From Camelus ferus (Eukaryota), in the NCBI RefSeq assembly GCF_009834535.1, contig NC_045703.1, positions 73,408,001 to 73,472,000 on the forward strand: 64,000 bases of DNA, in the 5' to 3' direction. Shown one piece after another: positions 10,637-21,010 of this stretch. The notes beneath the pieces were generated by a model. That model had not been told where the DNA came from and made no database searches. It was given only the letters and a program-made list of their open reading frames with translations. Within the stretch, counting starts at the first letter, position 1. Every line of letters starts with the position of its first letter. The position numbers and the translations under genes were made by a program.

Positions 10637-13600
10637 ATGCCTGTGGCCGGCTCGCCATTTTTCAGATGCCCCAGATGTCACACTGTCCAAACGCTCACGG
10701 TAAACAAGGCATCTGAGGGTCAGGAGGTCGGTGTGCATGGTGACTGTGGTGTCCACTGGCTCACGCGGCCACTCGAATTCAAGTCCGGTCTGTCTGTCAA
10801 AATTATCCCTGATGGGTTAGGATCTTGTTGGCTGTGTCTGGAAAAGGAAGCAGCACCTGCCTGGCGGGAACTTGACCTGAGCTGGGGACACGGCAGGTGA
10901 GACCGCTCGCCGGGACTCAGCTGCCAGCTCCACACGGTCGCCTCCCTGCGGGGCCGCCCCGGGAGGCCTCCCTGCCGGTCCCCTAGCTCACAGCCCGGCA
11001 CTGGCGCGAGAGGGGGCTCCACCGACCCGTGATGCGCTGGACCCCCCCTTCCCCCCCCAGAGCAGCAGCCGCCTTCCCGGCGGAGGGAACGGCCCGGGGT
11101 CCCGAGAAAAGCTTAGTTCCTGAACAGGAAAGGAACCAAGCAGAGAAGAGGGAAGACGGGGAGGAGGAGCTGGACTACAGAGGAGGAGAGGATGCAACAA
11201 GTCTTTGGAACCTGGAATTAAAACTAGGGGAACGGGGGCAGAAACGGGGTGACGCCCGCAGAGCCGCAGCTTCTGGGTGTCTGAGGCCCTCCCGCCTCCT
11301 CTGGTTTGCTGACCTCCCACCAATCCAGAGGCCACCTTCTCCTGGGAGTCTCCTCAGGACCCTGCTTGTTACGACCAGACCTCCGCGGGGCGTCTCTCTG
11401 GAAGCCTCCAGCCTGGACCCTGCCGGGACGGGCCGACCGCCTCCATTTTTAATCTGCTGGACCCGTCTCGGTGTTTCTCATCTCGCTGTCCCTATGGCCC
11501 AGAGCCCTGCTGGCGTCATCTGTGGGTGATGTCACACCTCGGCCCGGGCTGCACGGAGGAGGGCATCCCCCCCAGGTCCCATCGCCGGTTGGAGCGGGGC
11601 CAGCATCCGGTCCCGCCTCTCACTCAGGTGCCCGTCTGTCACTCAGCAGACAGACTGGGGTTTTAATTAGAAAACTGATCTCAAGGAAGGGGCTTTTTTT
11701 GCTCGACCTCGGCCTTTCCCTGACGCCTCCTTCGGTTTCCTCACGCGCATCTGAGCCCCCTTCTTGCTCCTGCTGTTTCTAGTCTCTCATTCATGTTTCA
11801 ACAATTGTGAATTATTCGTATTTCCAGCAAAATGCAAATAAGATTCCGGTTACCTCGCTCTATATATTATTTCAATGCTTGAGGGACCCAGGGGGCTCCT
11901 TCTTGTTTCATTGCCATGGAGGGTTCAGGAAAACCAGTCAGAGCTGTGCTGGGAGAATTCCAGACAGAGAAGCAGAGACCGGCGTGACTTCCCCCCACCT
12001 GGTGTGGCCCAGTTTCCAAGAAGACGACCAGAGGCGCGTCTCAGCAGTCGGGGCTGAGCCACGCGTCCCCGCGGACGTGTGTGTCCAAGTCCTCTCTGTG
12101 CCCGGGAACCTGGGCCTCCGCCTCCCTGCATCTCTGCTGGCGGTGGGGGCTGGGGGGCCCATGTGGCCCTGCCTTGTCTCGCATGGACCGTGTCTCTTGC
12201 TCTGAGCTGGACCGAGTGAGGCCATCTGTCTCCGGGTGAACGGGAGGCCTGTCAGGAGCACATGCTGTTGCGGGTTTGCAAGCATCTGTCCCTCCTGTCC
12301 TCTCTGGAGACAGCGACCAGGCTCAGGCTCTGACTCCCTTGTCGTCCTGGGAGGCCTCCCCAGATGCAGGTCCCCTGTGGCTCAGTGAGGCCGCTCACCG
12401 AGTGCGCGGGTGGAGGCCAGGGCGAGGCAGCCCGGAGCCGACTCCCTGGGGCCATTTCAAAAGCTAGCGCTCTGGGGTCACAAGAGAAAGTGGCTACAGG
12501 ACAACGAGTTCCGTATGTCACTGCCCCGGAGCCCTTTAGAACACGCTGATGCGGGCGAGCGTTCCTGGGCCGCTTGGCTGTTTTGCACGTGACTTTGCCC
12601 TTGGTGAGCATCAGTCACATGAGCACAACGTGGCGCATGCGGCTTAAATTATCCCTGGGCATCAGTGTATATTCCCTGAGGTCTATTTGCATGTTCAAAC
12701 GCTCTTCCAAACGCTCTCATGCTCTGCTGAAGACGCAGAGGTGAGATAATAGTGGCCTCTCTTGCCTGACGTGCTCTTGAAACACGTACGTGGAGGGCAC
12801 AGACCAGTATCCCAGAAGGTCTAAGCCAGGCTGAGGGCAAACGAGCGTGAGCGAGACCGTCCCTTTCCCACTGGCTTTCTTGCACAGACTGCGCGCTCGG
12901 AATACGGAATTCCCGTTGGACGGCGAGAGTCAAGGTTGCGATTTGTTTCTTTAAAGAGATGAAAGGAACTGGTGATGGGAAGAGTCAGCTTTACTTCACC
13001 CATTCTTCCGTTGTTCTGGGATTTATCTGGAAAGCACGTCTTGGATCCGACACATACTTAAGCCGAGGTTAGGATCTACGTGGCAAAGGGTTACGCGCAG
13101 CTGTGTAAAGCAGACTCACCCATCCATCAGGACCCTGTGCTTGGGGCTGAGGTGGGAGAACAGCTTTCGAAGGTCTTCCTGAGATCAGCACCTGCTTCCC
13201 CGAGCTGGGAGGGGCCCGGCCTCGCCAGTTACGGCCGGGCTAAGCCAGCAGCCCCGCCTGGAGATGCAGGGGTCTGTGTCCTGCCCCCGAGGATGTACGC
13301 TTGGTCAGAGAGGAGGAGGCTGGGTCTGGTCCCCCCGGGTCCCTGGCGCTGGCACCCCTCAGGAGCGCAGGAGTAACTCTCCCCTCACCAGGCCTCCCAC
13401 CGCTTGGCCTTCATTTACAGAAGCGCCACGTACTGTCAGTGAGCCCAGGTCTGGCCCTCAGTTTCTGCCTCCTCCACATCCAGATGGATGTCCTGCTGGT
13501 CTGCATTTTTGTGTCACATTATTCCACGTGTCAAAGCAGGGACTTTCCGGGTCTCACGGGCCTGAGAAGCAGCTGCATTGACGTGTGTCTCTCATCCCAA

Positions 13601-14140
13601 GTCCCTTGGCCAAGCTGAGTCCTGCGGCAGAGCCGGGTCCCCACGAGCTCCCAGCTCCCTCACCAACGACGCGGCTCCTGCTTCTCGGCTCCGGGCTGGC
13701 CCCGAGACCCACGCAACGGCCCAGCCCCTCCGGAGCAGACCTGCGGCTCCCGTGGGGGCGGTGAACCACAGCCTCCTCGCCTCAGCCCGGGGCGATTTGG
13801 AGGAATGTCTTACAAGGGTCCTTGGAGCGTCCTTGGAGTTCCGCACTCCCTGTGGGCCTTCCTGCCTTCCTGTGGTCACTGCCCCGCGCCGGCCCGCGGT
13901 TCCCGGGACGAGCCCTCAGACGATGCCCTGCTCCCACGTCCCTGCTTCGTGGTCTGCTTCAGGCATCACGGGCCCAGGCAGGGGGTCCACCCTTTGTCCA
14001 TCGTTCAGTCACAGGTTTCTATCAAGTATCAGCCACGCACCCGTCACAGATCTAGACCAGAGGTGGGCCAGCGCCTCGTCCAGGCCCAGAATTGGAGCCG
14101 TCCTCCCCTCCATGGAGATTTTAATCTGTTTCTTACTCAT

Positions 14141-14538
14141 TGTATTAGTCACAGTTCTCCAGAGAAACAGACCAATTGTGTATGTGTGTGTGCGCGTGTG
14201 TGTATGCACGCGTGCGCGTGCGTGTATGCACGCATGTGTGTGTGTGTATGTATGCTTGCATGCATGTGCAGCTGGAGACTAAGGGAGGAGTAGGGAGTCT
14301 GCTACCGCCGTCTGGAGGAGAATTCCGCCCTCCTTGGGGAATCTTAGTCTTTTTTTGTGTGTCTTCAACTGCTTGGATGAGGCCCACCAGTATTATGGCT
14401 GTCATCTGCTTTATCGAAGTCGACTGATTTAAACATTAGTCTCATCTAAACATTCCTTCCCATTGACATCTAGGCCGAAGTTTGACTCAAAACTGGGTAG
14501 CATGGCCTGGCCAACTGGACACATAACATTAACCTCAC
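14141..14538 (-). mobile_element. MLT2 (ERVL) solo LTR with internal deletion and microsatellite
   Basis: Starts tgtattagtcacagttctccagagaaacagaccaat, contains cttcaactgcttggatgaggcccacc and atctgctttatcgaagtcgactgatttaaacattagtctcatct, and ends ggccaactggacacataacattaacctcac. All are MLT2 hallmarks in reverse orientation. Confidence 0.85.
14177..14270. repeat. alternating purine-pyrimidine (TG/CG/TA/CA)n tract
   Basis: Unbroken Y-R alternation from 14177 to 14255, then one break and a continuation to 14270. Confidence 0.9.
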
Positions 14539-16013
14539 TTTCAATCATCCATGCATCAGACGCAGAGCACTCAAGGCTCCAGGCGGAAACAAAGATCAGT
14601 GTTGCCAAACAGCACCATGGTTCTCGCGTCGCCTCCTTTGCCTCCTCCTGGCCCAAGACGCCCACGGCACCGATGGCCCCAGTCCTGGGCACAGGGTCAC
14701 AGAGCTCAGAGCAAGAGGCGACAGTGACCATGTCCACCTGGTTCCTGCTCGCTGCCAGGAGGCTGAGGCCCAGCAATGGTGTGTGTCCCCCAAGCTGCAC
14801 CTCATGTAACCTGCGGGTCCCTTGTGGAAACCCGGGCGTGCAGCGTCTGCAGAGGAAGACGGTTTTCCGGCGTGCCACACGTGCACAGTTATTTGGACTC
14901 TCCTGTGAAGGACTCTTCCCAGAAGCTGCCACGAGGGACCTTTGGCAGCTCCGTGTCTGTACCGACTGCACCCGAGGGTGTTTGTGATCTGTTAGCTGCA
15001 CCCTCCGTGGGCTGGGTGCCCGGCCCTGGACCCAGCGTTCAAACTGGCAGCACACAGCTCTCAGACCCACGTGTCACTGAAGGAACCCAAGGCAGGCCTC
15101 CTCAGCCAGGGCGGCCCTATGGCATCCCCCTCCTTGAATGTGGAGTTGGGGGCTGCTGGCCCACACGTGGGACACGCACAGCTTGGGGACAATGCTCGGA
15201 GCTGACTGCTTCCTTCATTTCATCCCCTCTGACAGCTCGCCGTCCATGGGGGGTGGGGTGGTCTCCGGGCGGGCGCGAGCACGGGGCGGGGTGGGGGGGG
15301 CACACTCTCTGAGGAAACACGCCCAAACTCTTCCCCTTTCCTTCTTCAGGCCCCTCTGAGGCCGTCGCAGAGAGAAATGACTGCTAACGCGGCCGTCCTT
15401 TCAGCGTTTTGCAGCATCACACACAGCTCATGGCGGATGTGGTGCCAGTGTGTTAGGGATGGTGCCTGAAGGATTCGCTTCCAGCTGAACATAGAAACTC
15501 AAGCTAAGAAGAAAAGACTTGGCTCCCCTAAAAGGCACCGCTGTTCACGGTGGCCCCTGGGACTCGCACGTGAGCTTCATGGTCGGGCGCCTGTCCACCC
15601 TGGGGCGTCGTCCTTAAGATGACGGTTTTAGCTGTGAGTGTCACACGTCTTCCAGGAGATGGCTCTGCTGAGGGCCTGGCCACCCATCGTGTTTCTGTAG
15701 GATGGGCTCGAAGGTGCTCGCGTGCCGAGGAGCACAGCCTTCCTCACAGAGTGAGAGCGTCACTCACCTTGTTCAGGATTTGTCCAGTTTGGATGCTGGT
15801 GCATCTGGGGTGTCTCTGAGCTCACAGAAACCGTCCAGACCTGATGGCTGGGGTGGGGTTTGGGGGCAATGGAAATAAGTGCTTACAAATACTTGACACA
15901 CTCAGTCCAACAGGCAGTGCGTCTCCTGCCTCACAAGGAGCAGGACTCATGGAGTTCTTGAACATCAGAGCACCGGTCCAGGCCGCTCCCTGGCCCAGCT
16001 CCACCTGCACCCC

Positions 16014-16056
16014 GTCTGGACCCCCATCTGGACCCTGTCTGGACCCCTTCTGGACC
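16014..16056. repeat. four copies of a TCTGGACC motif at 11-12 bp spacing
   Basis: gtctggacccccatctggaccctgtctggaccccttctggacc; copies start at 16015, 16027, 16038 and 16049. Confidence 0.85.
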
Positions 16057-17852
16057 TCAGCCACCCTTCCGGGGCCCGGAGAGGCTGGACAGAGCTTCAC
16101 ACTCAAGCCTCCCAAGTTCCATCTCAACATCTGAACACAAAGCTGCCACGCTTTCCACTCCCACAGAATCTCCGTGGTCCTTTCCGACCTGCCGCGAGGG
16201 AAAACAGAATTCGGTGACTTAATCCACAGCTGTTGGTTGAGAATAACATTTGTTCATGTCTAAAAGTCATTTCAAACCTTTTGAGGTCAGAGTTGAAATA
16301 TGTAGGGTTTTGAGCTAATTGCTTTTCCAAACGTAAGGTCCTGGCTCTGGGCAAACAGTTAAGGGTTCAAAAACTCTCGAACATCAGGTAAGTGTCACAA
16401 AGCACCCTTAGATAAGTTTCAGCAAGAATAAAGGAATTAGAAACGTATGAGTCATAATTTCCTTGAAACCCCACTTGCATTTAAAGATTAAGGGCAGAGA
16501 GGTACTGATTAACCAAATGTGTACAAGTGCTTACTGAATCCAGAACATTCAAAACCCAGTGAAGACGTTTAGGGAGAAAAATGGTTACTGCATTTACCCC
16601 ACCCCGCCGAGGCCACGCAAGCACATTCGTGTTTAGGGAGTTCTTCAGAATCACTGATGGCTCCGTGCGACCTCACTGGGGCCATAATGAATCATGAAAT
16701 CCTGATTCATGGACACGTCCACCCCCTCCACGCTGCTTTCCATATTTCCCGTTAGAAAGTTCTGTTAAGATTCTCAGAGGCGGCAACTCAAGGTGCTGAA
16801 GCTGAAGAATGAAACACAGCGAGGCAGTGCTTTTGTCATTTCCTGACAAGTGAGTGTGGCTAATTCAGCTTTAATAAACATTCATGGGCACTCTTCCTTC
16901 GGGCAAAGCACAGTTTTCTTTCTCAGTCAAGGCAGCCCAACGTAAAACCACCTCCCAGCTGACAAAATCCACCCCATGTACTGGGGGAAAGATGGTGCAT
17001 TAGCATGTCAGTGGGGACAGAACACACATGTAGAAGAAACAGAGTAAAAGCTTCCGATGAAGCTGGGACCAGAGGCATCCAGACGGACCCAACCCAGGGG
17101 AAAACTGGCCACAGACGCGGTCTCTCTAGCAAGCAAGGCAGAGGGAGACGTGGCACTTTGTCAGGGCAGAGAAGCGCAGGCCGCCCAGCCGGAGAGACGG
17201 CCTCCCAGGCCCGAGCGCTGCGCGGAGACGCGGCTGTGGGCTGTGCTGTGGGTCCTCGCATTCCGTCCCCAGCAGAGGGACAGGACTGAAGCACTCGCCC
17301 ACCCAGGCTTGTTTCTTCCCAGGACTGCTGGGAAGAGTGAGTCTGGTGATCGACGGAAGGCCCTCTTTTTGCTCATCTGTCAGGATGGAAATCAGATCGT
17401 GCACCCTGTCTTCCTTCTTCTCCAGTGTGTGCCCCGTGCACCAGCATCCCACACACCTTGGTAAGCAGTGTTTTCCTGAGCGTTGTGGCCCCCTGTGTGA
17501 CTCCTGTGACCAGTGACGGACCAAGGAGGGGGCTCTCAGTTTCCAGACAGACGGCAGTGCTATGTCAGCACCCATTTCTAATACAGCAGGCACAGCGGGG
17601 CAGGCGGGGCAGACGGGGCAGCTCTGGAATTTGGGGGACTCCCCTGTGCCCAGGCTGCTTCTTTTTCCATTTACATTAATACTCATGTTGCATTTTACTT
17701 TTTCACTTTAAAATGATTTCTAGTTTACGGGAAAGGTGAACGAGCAGCACACAGAACACCCACGTGCCTTCAGCCCGATTCTCCAGCCGTGAACTCCTAA
17801 ATTCTAAATTCTTACCTCGCTTCCTTGCCGGCTTGTGTCCTTCATCGCACCC

Positions 17853-17892
17853 CCCCGCCACCACGCCACCCCGCCACCCCGCCACCCCGCAC
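17853..17892. repeat. (CCCGCCAC)n short tandem repeat
   Basis: cccgccaccacgccaccccgccaccccgccaccccgcac. Confidence 0.85.
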
Positions 17893-18671
17893 TTGATTAC
17901 TCTTCCCGAGCCACTCGAGCCACAGGCACAGGTTCAGTGTCCCATCGCTCCTAAACACGTAAGCGACGTTCCTACAGCAAGGACGTACGCCCCCCGGCAC
18001 AGCACACCCGTGAAGCTGACATCAGCACAGAACCTCCCTCTAGTCCAGGGAGCCGGCGGACGCACTCAGCCCCTGCCATCTCTGGGGGCTGTGTAGGTGT
18101 CGTCTCAGTTTGGGTCCGTCTGACGTCGACTTTGGGTGTGCGTCGCTGGCAGGAGCACCAGGTAAGCGGTGCCTCATCCCAGAGCATCATGCCAGGAGTA
18201 CGCGGCATCCGCGTCGTGTGGTAAGGATGGTGCCTTCCAGGGCTCCCATGGCACAAGTAACCAGCAGGGGGTTTGGGACCATTTTGAAATCTCGTTTCTC
18301 ATCCCGCTTTCATCCCCTAGATTTTGTCTCCGCCGACTGCCCTCGTCCATGTCACGGTCATCCTGATGGAGGCCCAAGTGTGTCTTACACGTACCATGTG
18401 GGCCTGAAAAGGAGGTGCCATCTCCCTCCCGCAGGGTTGGCACTCCCAGACGCGCGCCATCACTCCAGCTCACGCTCATGCTGTTGGAAGCTTCTGGATC
18501 CTCACCTTTTTACTGCTGCGGCCTAATTTGCAATCCGTGTGTCCGTGGAGGTGGCAGGGACGCCTGCTCGCCTGGTCACGGCCCCGCGTGGCCCCCGTGG
18601 GCTCTGCTTCCCACGTCTGCAGGCGGTGCCGGCGGAGGAGGGCGCTCACGCTCTCCTTCTGTGGCGCCCGC

Positions 18672-19081
18672 CGCTCAGCACGGGCTGCTGTGGCAGAGCG
18701 CCGCACACCGGCTGCGGGATCGACTCGCTCTCCCCCGGCCTGGGCGCCAGACGCGCCAGTCGCGGGGTCAGCGGGCCGCCCCCCGGAGGCTCCCGGAGGG
18801 CCGTTCCAGGTCCCTCTCCTGACTCTGCCGTCTCCACACGGAGCTCTGCTTGTGTCTTCCCTGGTCCCCGTGTCTGTGCCCCGTGTCCCCATTTTACAAG
18901 GACACTAGCCAGACTGGATCAGGCCACCCGTTCACTTCACTGACCTCTGTGAAACCCCTATGTCCAAATTATACAATATTTGCAAATGATACAAAGGAGA
19001 TCTTTCTGCTTTCTGAGGTACTGGGGGTCAGGAGTTCCCAGCATTCCTTTTCTGGGGGATGGACACTTTCAACCCATTTCA
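18672..19081 (-). mobile_element. MLT1 (MaLR) LTR, B/C/D-like
   Basis: The right part 'ccccattttacaaggacactagccagactggatcaggccaccc...ctctgtgaaacccctatgtccaaat...tctgaggtactgggggtcaggagttcccagcattccttttctgggggatggacactttcaacccatttca' matches the MLT1 reverse complement. The left part matches the pattern ggctgccgtaacaaagtaccacagactgg but is GC-shifted. Confidence 0.75.
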
Positions 19082-20409
19082 CCCTCTTTACTACATGGTT
19101 TTGCCTTTTATTTTACTTTTTCTTTTATTTTACTTTGACAAGACTTTCGCTGTCAGTTTTCTCACAGTTTTCTTTCCTCTTAGTTTCAGATTACCTTGTT
19201 TCTTGGTCTCAAGCATGTCCCTCAGAGATTGCACAAAGATGCAATTTTAATTCAAGTTTTATAAAAATGTCATTCAATTTTTCAAATTTTCAAAATATGT
19301 TCCCTGAGCTGTACGCGGTCAGACAGCCCTGTTCACCCTGTGCTGCGCCTCCTGACGCAACCAGAGTGGGTTTATTTCCCGCTCCACGCTTGTCCACTTC
19401 CTGCTCCCGGCGTGTGCGGCGTGGAGACCCCTGCTCCACACCCCCTCCTCCCCGCCTGCTGGTCTGGGTGCTCCCAGGCAGTGTTCACAGCCTCCCAAGC
19501 CGTGCTAAGCGTTTTCACTGCAACATTTAACTCGGTATTATCTGACCGATTTTGAGTTTTCCCGTATCTCTGCTCTCTTCTGGGAAAAGGGTCTTAACAC
19601 AGTTTCACAGTCTTCTAAAATGCCCGTGCACGTGACAGCTCTAAATGTCAAGTCACCTTTGAAAATAAAACACACAGAGGCAACTTTGCCGAGAGGCTCC
19701 CCCATCGCTTTGCTCAGAACTTTTCTTCCGGTGTCTCACTGCTCCTTTCAGGGGCGTCTTCCTCCTGCAGAAGCTCCGGTGTCGGGGACGCCTTCAGCCC
19801 TGGTTTGCAAGCAGGGAATCCCTTTCTCCCTCCCTGAAGCCGCCCGCCCTCACCTGCTCCCATGGGCGGAGCCCCAGGTGCGAAGGGCGCAGCCTCCCTG
19901 AGCGCCCCCGCCACCCACGCAGGTGCACTTCACCTTCCCCTTGTCGTTCCCCCGCCGTGACTCTCAGTCCCACCCCCTCCAGCTGCCGCCCAAACAGGCA
20001 TGAGGGCAAAGGGTAAAGGAATAGAATTGAAAACTGAAGAGAAAAAGAGAACGAAAAAGTTCATTAACAATGGTGATATTAGGAGATTTCTGGATAGAAT
20101 TTAAAATACATTTTGGGTATGAAGAGGGACTCGGGATTCCATTTATCGATATAAATTTTAATGAGTAAGCACATGTTTTAAATAAAATTCTTTACTATTT
20201 ACAATATGTTTTCATTTTGTTGGCCTGCAAGAATTTGTTTTTTCAAATATATTTTCTGTTTTTCCTGCATAAGCACTGAAGTTTCCCCAACGCCCACGCA
20301 CAGAAGTAAACTGCGGAGGGAGACGGCTGACGGGGGAGCTTGGCCTCGTTTCTGCCACTAGTTAATCTGTCTTGAGTAAGTCTCTGTATTGATCGTATTT
20401 CACTCTGAA

Positions 20410-21010
20410 AAATAAAACGAAACAGCTCCTCGCGTCTCCAGTCACGCTCGCAGCGCTGCGGCTGAGCGTCCACCCGCGGGGGCGCGCGGGGCGCAACGGC
20501 AGGTGCCTGCGTCCGCTGAGCGGTTGCCTGGAGGCCTTCCGGGCGGGTCGCGGGCGCTGGGAGGAGGGGAGGCCTGGGGACTTGAAGGCCAGCGGCGCCA
20601 GGGTCTCGGTCACGTTAGACACTATGATGCAAACAGATGAGCAGCAGCTGCTCAGCCGACTGAGAGACAGGAGGACGGCGGGGTCGGAAAAGCGGCGAAG
20701 CGGGAACGGACGCGGCCTCAGCGCGGACACGCATGCAGACCCCGCAGACCCCGCAGCCGCCGCCCGACCTGCGCCGCTTCCTGCGCTCGGGGAGGCGGGG
20801 CCCCTCGCGCCTCCAGCGCCATCGGCGGCGGGGACCTCAGCCCCCGGTTCCCGCAGCAGCGGGGCCACGCGCTGTCACGCAGCGCTCTCTCCGTCTTTGT
20901 TTTCTTCTGGAGCCCGGATGCCTGTCTGGAGCATTCCAGAATACCGAACCCAGGGCCCTCGGGGACCTTCTGTTAGAGGCGTGTGCGGCGGTCCCAGGGG
21001 CGCGAGCAGG
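20410..21010. promoter_or_regulatory. CpG island, no associated gene recognised
   Basis: Dense CpG and very high GC by eye (e.g. ccacccgcgggggcgcgcggggcgcaacgg; GC box ggggaggcggggcc), with an AT-rich left flank at 20.03-20.26 kb. Confidence 0.7.

Noticed and set aside
11860-12640. Possible MLT1J/K-type LTR remnants (similar hints at 42400-43030 and 60100-60500)
   Set aside because: Only short, ambiguous resemblances, too weak to call by eye.
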